64,000 nt of DNA. Source: an uncultured Candidatus Saccharibacteria bacterium. GTDB taxonomy: Bacteria; Patescibacteriota; Minisyncoccia; Spechtbacterales; HO2-43-30. The position numbers and the translations under genes were made by a program. The notes under the pieces are model-generated. The model was not told the origin of the DNA. It saw nothing but the letters and a program-made list of their open reading frames with translations, and did no database searches. Below are positions 17,628 to 27,861 of the stretch, in pieces (the first letter of the stretch is position 1; each line of letters opens with the position of its first letter). The stretch is taken from the NCBI GenBank assembly GCA_964504205.1, contig CAZDDE010000001.1, positions 58,473 to 122,472 of the forward strand, in the 5' to 3' direction.

Positions 17628-18619
17628 ATTTAGGTACGGCAAATACCCTTGTTTATGTGCGCGGCCGCGGAATTGTCATCAACGAACCGTCGGTTGTGGC
17701 GATTAATCAAAAAACTGGACAGGTGCTTGCCATTGGCGAGGAAGCGCGGCGTATGGTTGGGCGCACTCCGGCGCACATTGTTGCGAGCCGTCCTCTTCGC
17801 GAGGGCGTTATTTCGGATTTCGAAGTAACCGAGCAGATGCTCAAGTACTTTATAAACAAGGTGCATAAAGGATCGCTTTTTCCATTTCCAAGGCCGCGTG
17901 TTGTTATTGGCATACCTTCCGGAGTTACTGAAGTAGAAAGAAAGGCCGTCCAGGACGCGGCTAAAAACGCCGGTGCGCGCGAAGTGTATCTCATCGAAGA
18001 GCCAATTGCTGCGGCGATTGGTGCGCGCATGCCTGTACAAGATGCTATTGGAAATATGATTGTGGATATCGGCGGCGGCACTACAGAAATAGCCGTGATC
18101 TCGCTTGGGGGTCTTGTTGTGGCAAAAAGCATCCGTATTGCGGGTGATAAAATGGACGAAGATATTATCAGTTTTGCGCGCGATGAGCTCAATCTTTTGC
18201 TCGGCGAACGTACTGCCGAGGAAATAAAAATTGAAATCGGCTCCTGTCTTCCCTTAGAGCAGTCACTTCCTGCAACTATGCGCGGACGCGATCTTGTTTC
18301 CGGCTTGCCACGGGAAATTGCGGTAACCGACAAGCAAATCCGCAACGCCCTTGAAAAATCAGTTAATTTCCTGGTGGCGAGGGTTAAGGAAACTATCGAA
18401 GCAACTCCACCAGAGTTGCTTGCTGATATTATGCGCAATGGCATAGTTCTTGCCGGCGGAGGCGGTTTGCTTAGGAAATTTGATGAGCTGCTTGCACGCG
18501 AAACGCAGGTTCCGGTGAAACTCGCCGAAGATCCCTTAACCGCGGTTGTGCGCGGCACGGGCGTTATTCTTGAAAATATAGAAAAACTCAAAGATACTTT
18601 CATTCCTGACGAATATTAA
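17582..18619 (+). CDS. mreB: rod shape-determining protein MreB, paralog 2
   Basis: IGIDLGTANTLVYV, DIGGGTTEIAVISLGG, LAGGGGLL motifs; overlaps the proS 3' end by 46 nt; directly upstream of mrdA. Confidence 0.88.
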   Translation: MLSKLFGYFSKDIGIDLGTANTLVYVRGRGIVINEPSVVAINQKTGQVLAIGEEARRMVGRTPAHIVASRPLREGVISDFEVTEQMLKYFINKVHKGSLFPFPRPRVVIGIPSGVTEVERKAVQDAAKNAGAREVYLIEEPIAAAIGARMPVQDAIGNMIVDIGGGTTEIAVISLGGLVVAKSIRIAGDKMDEDIISFARDELNLLLGERTAEEIKIEIGSCLPLEQSLPATMRGRDLVSGLPREIAVTDKQIRNALEKSVNFLVARVKETIEATPPELLADIMRNGIVLAGGGGLLRKFDELLARETQVPVKLAEDPLTAVVRGTGVILENIEKLKDTFIPDEY

Positions 18620-18626
18620 AAACATT

Positions 18627-20549
18627 GTGGATGAAACAAAATTTTCAAAATATAAAGTTCAGGTTTCGCTTCGCGAACAAATTGAACCCGACGAAATTTT
18701 TTTTGATGGTTCGAAGATTAAGGAATTTGAAGCTGGGGAATTAGAGGTCGGAAAATTTGAAACGCCAATATCCTCTGCCGCGTTTAGATTTTTTGCGGTT
18801 GTACAATTTGGAGCACTCATTTTTATTGGCGCAGTTACCGGATTCATGATTGTTTCAAGCGGTCATGACCATGTTGCGCAAGCTAACAAAAACACGGAGC
18901 GTGTTTTTCCAATTTTTGCGCCGCGCGGTTTGATTTTCTCATCGGATGGCGAAATTCTTGCGCAAAATGAACTATATTTTGATTTGCTCGTCAATTCGGC
19001 GGAAATTCCTCCAGCTGATGCGCTTGTGCGCGAAATCTCTGATGACATTAGTTCATCCTTAAACCTGAATTCCCTTGCTATTTATGAAAATTTGCGCCAA
19101 GCCGTTCAAAAACGTTTCGCCGAATACGTTTTATTGAAAGGAATGTCAAAGGAGGAACTGGATAAGATTGAAGGCATTATAGCCGGTAAATCATTTTTTG
19201 AAATACGGGAGGTTTATCGGCGGAATTATCCCGATGGACAAGCATTTGCGCATATACTAGGATATACCGGCGAGGTTCCGCCTGGGGAATTAAGCAATCG
19301 TGATTATTTCCCCGGGGAACGCATTGGAAAAGCCGGGATTGAAGCATTTTACGACGAAGTGCTTAGCGGCAAGAGTGGAATACTCATCAAAAAGACAAAT
19401 TCGCGCGGCGAGATATTTGGCCAGGATATTGAGCGTGAAGCACGCGCAGGGGAAGATATGCGCATTTCAGTTAACGCGAAACTTCAAAAAAAAATCTATG
19501 AAATCCTGAATCAGCATGTAAGGGCCTTGAAAATATCCTCCGCTGCGGCAGTTCTTCTAGATCCGCGATCTGGGGAAGTTTTAGCGCTAGTAAGTCTGCC
19601 GGGTTTCAACGCCAATTTATTTGAAGGAGGCATAACCGATAACAAACTCGCGGATATATTGAGCGATGAGAAAAAACCGCTGTTTAATCGCGCAGTAGCC
19701 GGCGAATACCCAAGCGGCTCAACAATTAAACCGCTGATTGCCGCGGCTGCGCTGGAGGAGAAGTTGATTTCGGCGGATTTTTTAGTTTACAGCGGCGGAG
19801 CAATTTCTGTGCCAAGCGCTTACAACAGCGCAATCACCTATGAGTTTAAAGATTGGAAAGCGCACGGCTGGACAGATTTGCGTAAAGCGATTGCCGATTC
19901 GGTTAACGTTTATTTTTATACTATCGGCGGAGGCTATAACAATCAGCAAGGACTCGGTATCAAAAAAATCAGTGAATATCTTCTAAGGTTTGGCTGGGGA
20001 GATATCCTTGGCATTGATATCATTGGAGAGAAAGGCGGTTTAATACCATCGCCAAAATGGAAAAAGGAAACAAAGGGCGAAAACTGGTATATCGGTGATA
20101 CGTATCTTACTTCTATCGGGCAAGGCGATATCCTTGTAACTCCATTGCAAATTGCAGCCGCGACAGCAGTTTTTGCAAATGGCGGTACGCTTTTTACCCC
20201 GCATTTTGCTGCGAAACAAAACAATGCGCCAAAGATTACCCGCCGCAATTTTGTAAGCAGTGAGAATATAGATATAATTCGCGAAGGAATGCGCCGAGCA
20301 GTAACTTCCGGATCCAGCAGGTTTTTATCGGATTTACCGTATACTGTTGCGGGAAAAACCGGTACCGCACAAACCGCTCGTGCGCGAAACCATGCTTGGT
20401 TCACCGGGTTTGCGCCATATGAAAATCCGGAAGTTGCAATCACCGTACTTCTCGAAGAGGGCGAGAGCAGCAATTACGCTGTGCGCGCCGCTAAAGACAT
20501 CCTTGACGCTTATTTTGAAATATTTTATCCACAAGATTCAAGTAGTTGA
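18627..20549 (+). CDS. mrdA: penicillin-binding protein 2 (elongasome transpeptidase)
   Basis: N-terminal transmembrane helix, RG.I.D..G..LA start motif, SGSTIKP (SxxK), SVN (SxN) and KTGTA (KTG) motifs. Confidence 0.85.
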   Translation: MDETKFSKYKVQVSLREQIEPDEIFFDGSKIKEFEAGELEVGKFETPISSAAFRFFAVVQFGALIFIGAVTGFMIVSSGHDHVAQANKNTERVFPIFAPRGLIFSSDGEILAQNELYFDLLVNSAEIPPADALVREISDDISSSLNLNSLAIYENLRQAVQKRFAEYVLLKGMSKEELDKIEGIIAGKSFFEIREVYRRNYPDGQAFAHILGYTGEVPPGELSNRDYFPGERIGKAGIEAFYDEVLSGKSGILIKKTNSRGEIFGQDIEREARAGEDMRISVNAKLQKKIYEILNQHVRALKISSAAAVLLDPRSGEVLALVSLPGFNANLFEGGITDNKLADILSDEKKPLFNRAVAGEYPSGSTIKPLIAAAALEEKLISADFLVYSGGAISVPSAYNSAITYEFKDWKAHGWTDLRKAIADSVNVYFYTIGGGYNNQQGLGIKKISEYLLRFGWGDILGIDIIGEKGGLIPSPKWKKETKGENWYIGDTYLTSIGQGDILVTPLQIAAATAVFANGGTLFTPHFAAKQNNAPKITRRNFVSSENIDIIREGMRRAVTSGSSRFLSDLPYTVAGKTGTAQTARARNHAWFTGFAPYENPEVAITVLLEEGESSNYAVRAAKDILDAYFEIFYPQDSSS

Positions 20550-20573
20550 CAGCGTTAATTGCTTCAATATAAT
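20546..20573 (+). promoter_or_regulatory. sigma70-type promoter for greA; TTGACA, 16-bp spacer, TATAAT; predicts a leaderless mRNA
   Basis: TTGACA 20546-20551 and TATAAT 20568-20573; the greA ATG at 20583 is only 9 nt past the -10 element. Confidence 0.55.
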
Positions 20574-20582
20574 TGATTGCAT

Positions 20583-21047
20583 ATGTCTAATGAATTTATC
20601 ACGCAAAAAGGCCTTGAAAAACTGCGTAAGGAATTGGAAAATCTCAAGAATACAAAGCGAATGGAAGTTACCGAAAAACTTCGCGTGGCTTTAAGCTTTG
20701 GTGATATTTCAGAAAACCCGGAATATGCCGAAGCAAAAGAAGAGCAGGCCTTTGTCGAGGGCCGCATCAGTGAGATCGAAAGTATTTTGCGTGGTTCCGT
20801 GCTTATCCAAACGGTAAGCGGCGGGCGATCGGAGGTTGTTGCAATTGGTTGTGCGGTAGAGCTTATTTCCGGCAGGCAAAAACGGCGATTTGTGTTGGTG
20901 GGCAGGGGTGAAGGCGATCCGATGAGCGGTGAAATTTCTTCAGATTCTCCGCTCGGGAGCGCGGTGCTTGGCAAGAGACTTGGCGCGCTTATTAAAGTAT
21001 CTATCCCATCCGGCAGAAAGCAGTATAAAATCGTACACATTTCATAA
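20583..21047 (+). CDS. greA: transcription elongation factor GreA
   Basis: N-terminal coiled-coil ITQKGLEKLRKELENL and a C-terminal FKBP-like domain. The track's TTG start at 20577 is replaced by the ATG at 20583. Confidence 0.88.
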   Translation: MSNEFITQKGLEKLRKELENLKNTKRMEVTEKLRVALSFGDISENPEYAEAKEEQAFVEGRISEIESILRGSVLIQTVSGGRSEVVAIGCAVELISGRQKRRFVLVGRGEGDPMSGEISSDSPLGSAVLGKRLGALIKVSIPSGRKQYKIVHIS

Positions 21048-21069
21048 ATTTGCTATGATGTAGATTGCT

Positions 21070-22542
21070 ATGGCACTTTACGATATCAAGCAAAATCGTT
21101 TCGAGAAAGGCGAAAGACTTAAATCCGCCAAGATTAATCCTTATCCGCTATGCGCACGGCGCACACATTTGTCCCAAGATGCCAATGCGCATTTCGATGC
21201 CTTGATGGCCTCGCAAGGCGAAGTGATTTTGGCTGGCCGCCTGATGTCTCTTCGCGAGCACGGCGGTTCAGCCTTTGCGCATATTCAGGACGGCGCAGGG
21301 AGATTTCAGATTTATCTTAAAAGGGATATTCTTGGTGAAAAATTCTATAACGATTTTTTTGACTTTTTTGATATTGGCGATATAGTGCAGGCGCGCGGAG
21401 TTTTGTTTAAAACAAAAAAAGGAGAAAAAACACTTGAAGTTCGCGATATTCAAATCTTGACCAAGGCCCTTCTGCCGCTGCCGGAAAAATGGCATGGGTT
21501 AAAGGATATCGAAGAGAGATTTCGCAAAAGGTATCTAGATATTTTAATGAACGAGGATGTCCGCCGTATTTTTGAAGTAAGAAGTAAAATTATTAAAGCG
21601 ACCCGCGAGTTTCTGGATAAAAATGGTTTTCTTGAAGTAGAGACTTCTATTCTCCAACCGATTCCGGGCGGCGCTTCAGCGCGTCCCTTTAAGACTCATC
21701 TTAATGCGCTGGATATGGATTTGTATTTGCGCGTCGCTCCGGAGCTTGACTTGAAAAAATTGCTTGTTGGCGGATTTGAAAAGGTTTATGAAATTGGCCG
21801 CTCGTTTCGCAACGAAGGTATGGATTATGCGCATAATCCAGAGTTTACTTCACTTGAGTTTTATTGGGCGTATACTGACTATAAAGAATTGATGAAATTT
21901 TCCGAGGAACTATTTGCGCACGTTTTTAAATCAATCAATGTTTATCCAGAACTTGTCCACGAGAGCAAGAGTATTGATCTTGCGCCTCCATGGCCGCGCG
22001 TAGAATTTACGGCGCTTTTTCAGAAATACTTGGATATTGATTATACAGCGTTAAATCGCGATGCGCTTAGCAAAAAGGGTGAGGAGCTGGGAATAAAAGC
22101 AGAGGGCCATCTTAGCAAAGGCCAGGTTGCCGACCAGATTTATAAAAAGGCCATCCGTTCCAAAATTAAAAATCCGACATTTATTATTCATCACCCCGCT
22201 GAACTTGCGCCGCTTGCAAAGCCCCTTCCCGATAATCCAAGTTATGACGCCCGCTTTCAGCTGGTCATAGATGGGTGGGAAGTGGTGAATGCCTTTTCCG
22301 AGTTAAATGATCCCGTTTTACAGCGCCAGTTTTTTGAAGAGCAGGAAAAGCAGCGCAAGCGCGGCGATGAGGAAGCCCAGCACTTAGACGATAGCTTTCT
22401 TGAAGCCCTTGAATACGGCCTTCCTCCAGCCGCCGGGTTTGCTTTTGGCGTGGATCGCCTCACAGCTCTTTTAACAAATTCTCATTCCCTGCGAGAGGTC
22501 ATTTTATTCCCCACGATGCGGCCAAAAAAGAATGATGGATAA
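21070..22542 (+). CDS. lysS: lysyl-tRNA synthetase, class II
   Basis: 490 aa; OB anticodon-binding domain plus class II motifs (FRNEG, GGFEKVYEIGR.FRNE, GLPP.AG...G.DRL). Confidence 0.95.
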   Translation: MALYDIKQNRFEKGERLKSAKINPYPLCARRTHLSQDANAHFDALMASQGEVILAGRLMSLREHGGSAFAHIQDGAGRFQIYLKRDILGEKFYNDFFDFFDIGDIVQARGVLFKTKKGEKTLEVRDIQILTKALLPLPEKWHGLKDIEERFRKRYLDILMNEDVRRIFEVRSKIIKATREFLDKNGFLEVETSILQPIPGGASARPFKTHLNALDMDLYLRVAPELDLKKLLVGGFEKVYEIGRSFRNEGMDYAHNPEFTSLEFYWAYTDYKELMKFSEELFAHVFKSINVYPELVHESKSIDLAPPWPRVEFTALFQKYLDIDYTALNRDALSKKGEELGIKAEGHLSKGQVADQIYKKAIRSKIKNPTFIIHHPAELAPLAKPLPDNPSYDARFQLVIDGWEVVNAFSELNDPVLQRQFFEEQEKQRKRGDEEAQHLDDSFLEALEYGLPPAAGFAFGVDRLTALLTNSHSLREVILFPTMRPKKNDG

Positions 22543-23221
22543 ATACCAAATTAAGCTTACCAAACGAGAAGTAATCGCTACTGGCACGATGGCATTTTAC
22601 TTTGAAAAACCAGTAAAGTTCGATTTTATTGCTGGTCAGCATGTCGTGCTTGAACTTATCAACCCTCCAGGGGTCTATGATGACGGCAACAGGCGGGTTT
22701 TTTGTTTTGCGAGCGCTCTTTATGAGAAAGACCTGGTCTTTGCGACGCGCATGCGCGACACCGCCTTTAAGTGGGTACTAAAGACCATGCCGCTCGGGAC
22801 TGAACTTACAATGACAGGTCCCTATGGTTCGTTTGTCTTACATGAAGATGCCTTACGACCAGCAATTTTTCTTGTCGGCGGCATTGGCATTACTCCAATC
22901 CGAAGCATGCTTCTACAAGCGGCTCTTGAAAAGTCTCCGCGCGAATTTTATTTATTTTATTCTAACCGCCGGACTGCAGAGGCCGCTTTTCTTGATGAAT
23001 TAAAAAGTCTTGCTCTTTCGCATTATAAATTTATTCCGATTATGTCGGACGCCGAGGGTTACATTGATCAAACAAAATTATCGCAACGTCTAGGTAATAT
23101 GATTGGGCCAATTTATTATGTTGTGGGCCCGCCGGGATTTGTTTTGGCGATGTGCGGAATGCTTAATGAAATGGGCATCAACCCCGACGATATAAAGACC
23201 GATCAATTTTCTGGATACTAA
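22532..23221 (+). CDS. FAD/NAD(P)-binding oxidoreductase, ferredoxin-NADP reductase-like
   Basis: FAD-binding beta-barrel (R.F..AS) and an NAD-binding GGIGITP glycine motif. Confidence 0.6.
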   Translation: MMDKYQIKLTKREVIATGTMAFYFEKPVKFDFIAGQHVVLELINPPGVYDDGNRRVFCFASALYEKDLVFATRMRDTAFKWVLKTMPLGTELTMTGPYGSFVLHEDALRPAIFLVGGIGITPIRSMLLQAALEKSPREFYLFYSNRRTAEAAFLDELKSLALSHYKFIPIMSDAEGYIDQTKLSQRLGNMIGPIYYVVGPPGFVLAMCGMLNEMGINPDDIKTDQFSGY

Positions 23222-23222
23222 T

Positions 23223-23648
23223 ATGCAAAACTTTGAAATCATAGCTCGCGCGGTGATCATAGACAATGATAAAATTTTGCTCTGCAAGCGCAAAGATCGC
23301 GATTACTATTTTTTGCCCGGCGGGCATGTTGAGTTTGGCGAAAAAACGGAAGACGCGCTCGCGCGCGAAATAAAGGAAGAACTTGGCGCAGTTAGTAGCG
23401 AGATAAATTTTATAGGCGCGTGTGAGAATATTTTTACACAAGATGGGCAAAAACGCCATGAGTTAAATTTGGCCTTTGCGGCAAAACTCGCCGCGTCAAG
23501 AACAATAAGCATGGAGGATCATCTTGAATTTAAATTAGTTGACTTCAGTGAATTCACAGACACCAACGTTCTTCCAGTTGCGTTAACGCAAGGTGTAGTC
23601 AGGTGGCTAAGCGACAAGCAGCTTTTTTGGGTTGCTTATCAGTCTTGA
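23223..23648 (+). CDS. NUDIX hydrolase
   Basis: Nudix box GGHVEFGEKTEDALAREIKEELG (G-x5-E-x7-REUxEExGU). Confidence 0.75.
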   Translation: MQNFEIIARAVIIDNDKILLCKRKDRDYYFLPGGHVEFGEKTEDALAREIKEELGAVSSEINFIGACENIFTQDGQKRHELNLAFAAKLAASRTISMEDHLEFKLVDFSEFTDTNVLPVALTQGVVRWLSDKQLFWVAYQS

Positions 23649-23672
23649 CAGAGGATTGATAATGGCTATAAT
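23645..23672 (+). promoter_or_regulatory. sigma70-type promoter overlapping the hrcA start region; TTGACA, 16-bp spacer, TATAAT
   Basis: TTGACA 23645-23650 and TATAAT 23667-23672. This implies a transcript start near 23679-23680, and the in-frame GTG at 23680 gives MLTERQ..., the canonical HrcA N-terminus. Confidence 0.5.
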
Positions 23673-24357
23673 GGAAAATGTGCTGACAGAACGGCAGGAG
23701 AAAATTTTATATTCCATCATTGATGAATACATCCAGACTGCAGATCCGGTGAGTTCCGGGGCTATTTTCGGTATAGCAAATTTTGGCGTGAGTTGCCCGA
23801 CAATTCGCAACGAAATGGCGGAGCTCACGGAACTTGGCTATCTTGCCCAGCCGCATACCTCAGCCGGTCGCGTGCCAACTGAACAAGGTTATCGTTTTTT
23901 TGTGGACAAGCTTATGGATGATTATGCTAGCAATTTAGTGAAAAAAATTCGTCGCCCGAGAAAAGCAAATACTCGCACCAATATCAACTTTGCGGCAAAA
24001 GAAATCTCCGTACAAAGCGGCGACGCAGTAATACTTGCAGATGACGAAGGTGAAATAAAATATTTTGGGCTTAAAAAATTGTTTTCCAATCCCGAATTTA
24101 AAACTAGCGAAGCAATTGTTGCCCTGATAGGGGAGTTGGAAAAGTTTGAAAATGCCATTGAAGATGCCTTTGCGCAGATTCGTGCATTTGACAATGACGT
24201 CGAAGTTTTTATCGGTAGCGAAAATCCGTTTTTCGCAAGTTCTAGTTACAGTCTTATTGTTTCTCGGCTTTCCAATGAATACGCATTCATTTCTCTGCTT
24301 GGTCCAACCCGAATGGATTACCGGCGCAATATCGCCATACTTAACAAATTTCTATGA
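23662..24357 (+). CDS. hrcA: heat-inducible transcription repressor HrcA, short form. The start is uncertain among ATG 23662, ATG 23671 and a leaderless GTG at 23680.
   Basis: N-terminal winged HTH LTERQ..IL..II..Y....PVSS..I.......S.ATIRNEMAELTELGYL..PHTSAGRVPTEQGYRFFVD matches HrcA; sits first in a grpE-dnaK-dnaJ operon. Confidence 0.72.
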   Translation: MAIMENVLTERQEKILYSIIDEYIQTADPVSSGAIFGIANFGVSCPTIRNEMAELTELGYLAQPHTSAGRVPTEQGYRFFVDKLMDDYASNLVKKIRRPRKANTRTNINFAAKEISVQSGDAVILADDEGEIKYFGLKKLFSNPEFKTSEAIVALIGELEKFENAIEDAFAQIRAFDNDVEVFIGSENPFFASSSYSLIVSRLSNEYAFISLLGPTRMDYRRNIAILNKFL

Positions 24358-24890
24358 GTACAACCGAAGAAAGGCAATATATCAATGAGGAAAGTAGCGT
24401 TGATAATGACGCTGCAAGTTTGCGCATTAAAAAGATAAAACGCGTACTTAAAAGATGCCGCGCGGAAAAGCAGGAGTATCTTGCCGGTTGGCAGCGCGCG
24501 ATGGCAGATTTTCAAAATTATAAAAAACAGCAAGGCGCTGAAAGAGAGGAATTTATAAAATTTGCCAACACCAGTCTGCTTTTGAGGTTCTTGCCTGTTT
24601 TAGATAATCTGGTTCTGACGTGCGAAACGATGCCCGAAAACGAACGCGAAAGTTCATGGGCAAAAGGCGTTTTGAGTATCTTGCGGCAATTTGAAGGACT
24701 GCTTACAGTAGAGGGGTTAGAAGAAATAAAAGTTCAAACGGGCGATAAATTTAATCCCGAAATACACGAAGCAATTGGAGAAACTACGGGTGGGGGAGAG
24801 CCGGGAACTGTGGCGGAAGTTCTGCGGAGAGGCTATAAGCTTCATGATAAAGTTATTCAAGTTACGAGAGTAAAAGTAATTAAGCAATAA
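24354..24890 (+). CDS. grpE: nucleotide exchange factor GrpE
   Basis: GrpE coiled-coil plus a C-terminal beta domain (FNPE.HEA). Confidence 0.9.
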   Translation: MSTTEERQYINEESSVDNDAASLRIKKIKRVLKRCRAEKQEYLAGWQRAMADFQNYKKQQGAEREEFIKFANTSLLLRFLPVLDNLVLTCETMPENERESSWAKGVLSILRQFEGLLTVEGLEEIKVQTGDKFNPEIHEAIGETTGGGEPGTVAEVLRRGYKLHDKVIQVTRVKVIKQ

Positions 24891-24902
24891 AGTAATAAAC
24901 AT

Positions 24903-26768
24903 ATGAGCAAAATTTTAGGAATAGACCTGGGCACAACTAATTCAGCAATGGCAATCATTGAGGCGGGTCAGCCGAGAATCATTGAGAATAAAGAGGGCAA
25001 CCGCACGACACCTTCGGTTGTCGCTATTTCGAAAGCCGGCGAGCGACTTGTTGGCGTGCTTGCAAAACGGCAGGCCGTTACGAATCCCCCAAACACTATT
25101 TATTCAGCCAAACGTCTTATCGGCCGAAAATTTTCTGACGCTGAAGTTCAGCGCGATAAAAAACATTTAAGCTATGAGATTAGAGAATCAAAGGAAAGCG
25201 GCGTTGAAATTAAAATGGGCGAAAAATATTATCGTCCGGCGGAAATTTCCGCGATGGTTTTGGCAAAATTAAAGCAAGATGCCGAAGCCAGACTTGGCGA
25301 AACGATAACTGAAGCAGTTATTACGGTGCCAGCGTATTTTGATGATTCGCAGCGCAAGGCAACAAAGGACGCCGGAGAAATAGCCGGATTTACAGTGAGA
25401 AGAATAATTAACGAACCGACCGCGGCCGCTCTTGCTTATGGCTTGGAGAAGAAAAAGAACGAGCAAATAGTTGTTTATGATTTTGGCGGCGGAACATTTG
25501 ATGTTTCGGTGCTTGAAGTTTCCCAAGATACAGTTGAAGTTAAATCAACCGGCGGAGATACGCACCTTGGGGGAGATGATTTTGATCAGAAAATAATTGA
25601 CTGGTTGACTGCCGAGTTCAAAAAACAAGAAGGCATCGATCTTTCTAGAGATACCCTTGCCCTGCAGCGTCTCAAGGATGCTGCGGAAAAAGCTAAGCAC
25701 GAGCTGTCAAGTTCGCTGGAAACTGCTATTAATATCCCATTTATTACATCGGATGCAAATGGCCCCAAGCACCTAGATTTGAAATTCGCGCGCGCAAAAC
25801 TGGAGGAGTTGGTGGGAGAATTTATCGTGCGGGCCGAAGAACGTACGCGCGCTACAGTTAGCGATTCTGGTTTTAAGATAGAAGATATTAACCAAGTTGT
25901 TTTGGTTGGCGGACAAACGCGGATGCCGGCTATTCAGGAATCGGTTAAAAAGATGTTTGGCAAAGAGCCGCACATGGGCATTAATCCCGATGAGGTTGTG
26001 GCTGTCGGCGCGGCAATCCAAGGCGGCATCTTTCAAGGTGAAGTTAAAGACGTTTTGCTTTTAGATGTTACGCCCCTTTCCCTTGGCATTGAAACTCTTG
26101 GCGGCGTTATGACAAAACTTATTGAAAAAAATACAACTATCCCGACTGCAAAGTCCCAAGTATTTTCAACTGCCGCTGACAATCAGCCATCGGTTGAAAT
26201 TCATGTCTTACAAGGAGAACGCGAAATGGCTTCTGACAACAAAACGCTCGGACGTTTCATCCTGGATGGCATCCCTCCGGCTCCGCGCGGTCTGCCGCAA
26301 GTTGAAGTAACTTTTGATATAGATGCCAACGGCATTTTAAGCGTTAAAGCAGTTGACAAAGCAACGAACAAGGAACAGTCCATTCGCATTGAGGCATCTT
26401 CCGGTTTATCCAAAGAAGATATTGAAAAAATGAAGAAAGAAGCCGCGCAATATGCCGAAGAAGATAAGAATAATCGCGAGAAAGTTGAAGTCAAGAACAG
26501 CGCAGAGCAGATTGTTTACTTGGCGGAAAAATCCTTGCGCGAAGCTGGCGATAAAGTGAGCGAAGATATAAAAAAAGAGGTTCAGGAAAAAATTGACGCG
26601 CTTAAAAAAGTTAAAGATGGCGATGACGTTGAAGTTATAAAAGCTAAACTTCAAGAGCTCAGTACAACCTTGCAAAAAATAGGGCAGGCAATGTATCAGC
26701 AATCTCAACAACAACAGTCGCCGCCAAATCAGGATAATCCGCCAGGTAATGATGGAAAAAAGGAATGA
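24903..26768 (+). CDS. dnaK: molecular chaperone DnaK (Hsp70)
   Basis: [18 protein letters not shown] and the full Hsp70 nucleotide-binding and substrate-binding domains; 621 aa. Confidence 0.97.
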   Translation: MSKILGIDLGTTNSAMAIIEAGQPRIIENKEGNRTTPSVVAISKAGERLVGVLAKRQAVTNPPNTIYSAKRLIGRKFSDAEVQRDKKHLSYEIRESKESGVEIKMGEKYYRPAEISAMVLAKLKQDAEARLGETITEAVITVPAYFDDSQRKATKDAGEIAGFTVRRIINEPTAAALAYGLEKKKNEQIVVYDFGGGTFDVSVLEVSQDTVEVKSTGGDTHLGGDDFDQKIIDWLTAEFKKQEGIDLSRDTLALQRLKDAAEKAKHELSSSLETAINIPFITSDANGPKHLDLKFARAKLEELVGEFIVRAEERTRATVSDSGFKIEDINQVVLVGGQTRMPAIQESVKKMFGKEPHMGINPDEVVAVGAAIQGGIFQGEVKDVLLLDVTPLSLGIETLGGVMTKLIEKNTTIPTAKSQVFSTAADNQPSVEIHVLQGEREMASDNKTLGRFILDGIPPAPRGLPQVEVTFDIDANGILSVKAVDKATNKEQSIRIEASSGLSKEDIEKMKKEAAQYAEEDKNNREKVEVKNSAEQIVYLAEKSLREAGDKVSEDIKKEVQEKIDALKKVKDGDDVEVIKAKLQELSTTLQKIGQAMYQQSQQQQSPPNQDNPPGNDGKKE

Positions 26769-26787
26769 TGTGATATAGTAGCCCTGT

Positions 26788-27861
26788 ATGAAAAATTATT
26801 ATGAGATTCTCGGCGTCCCTAAAAACGCAAGCAAGGAAGAAATCAAGCAAGCGTATCGTAAACTTGCGCATCAATATCATCCCGACAAAGGGGGCGACGA
26901 GAAAAAATTTAAGGAAATTAACGAAGCATATCAGGTTCTTGGCGATGAACGCAAAAAGGCCCAGTATGATCAGTTCGGGTCGTCTTTTGGGTCGCAAGGA
27001 TCTGCGGGTTTTGAGGGTTTTGATTTCCGAAATTTTTCCGGATTTGGCAGAGAGGGGTTCACCCAGGACTTTGATTTAGGCGATATTTTCTCCGAATTTT
27101 TCGGCGGAGGCGCGCGGAGCCAAACGCAGGCGAGAAAGAATGTTGGCCAGCATATCCAGATTGATATTATGATTACTTTGGAAGAGGCGTATCGGGGAAC
27201 TGAAAACACATTTTCGTTGAAGAAGTATAATATGTGCGACAGGTGCCGGGGCGAAAAAAATGAGCCGGGCAGTGGATTTAAAAATTGCAAAAATTGCGGC
27301 GGCACGGGAGAAATACGCAGACAGCAAAGGATTATGTTTGGCGCATTTACGCATGTTTCAGAATGTCCGGAGTGCCGAGGCGCCGGGAAGATTCCCGAGA
27401 AAAAATGCGAGAAATGCCATGGTTTAGGACGTATGCTGTGCGTAGAAAGCATCGCGATCAGGATACCGGCTGGTATACATTCCGGGGAATCAATAAGGGT
27501 GGCCGGCAAAGGGGAAGCGGGAGAAGGCGGTTACGGCGATCTCTACGCAAATGTTCACGTCAAAGATCACAAGCTTTTTGCCCGTGATGGCGATAATATC
27601 TTTTCACAAATCGCGCTGGCGTTTTCCCAAGCGGCGCTGGGCGCGGATATTTTAGCGAAAACACTTGCGGGCGATGTGTACATTAAAATACCCTCTGGTA
27701 TTCAATCGGGCGAGATGATAAAATTGAATGGTAAGGGCATGCCGCGCTTGCATGGATCGGGATATGGCGATCACTATGTTAAAATTACAGTAACTACTCC
27801 CCAAAAGTTTTCCCGCAAAGCGCGGGAATTATTCGCGGAATTAAGAAAGGAGGGCATTTAA
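26788..27861 (+). CDS. dnaJ: molecular chaperone DnaJ
   Basis: J-domain with HPD (YHPDKGGD), a Gly/Phe-rich region and four CxxCxGxG zinc-finger repeats. Confidence 0.95.
   Translation: MKNYYEILGVPKNASKEEIKQAYRKLAHQYHPDKGGDEKKFKEINEAYQVLGDERKKAQYDQFGSSFGSQGSAGFEGFDFRNFSGFGREGFTQDFDLGDIFSEFFGGGARSQTQARKNVGQHIQIDIMITLEEAYRGTENTFSLKKYNMCDRCRGEKNEPGSGFKNCKNCGGTGEIRRQQRIMFGAFTHVSECPECRGAGKIPEKKCEKCHGLGRMLCVESIAIRIPAGIHSGESIRVAGKGEAGEGGYGDLYANVHVKDHKLFARDGDNIFSQIALAFSQAALGADILAKTLAGDVYIKIPSGIQSGEMIKLNGKGMPRLHGSGYGDHYVKITVTTPQKFSRKARELFAELRKEGI

Noticed and set aside
23560-24360. CIRCE operator (TTAGCACTC-N9-GAGTGCTAA) upstream of hrcA, dnaK or groES
   Set aside because: No match or near-match was found by eye in any of the three upstream regions.
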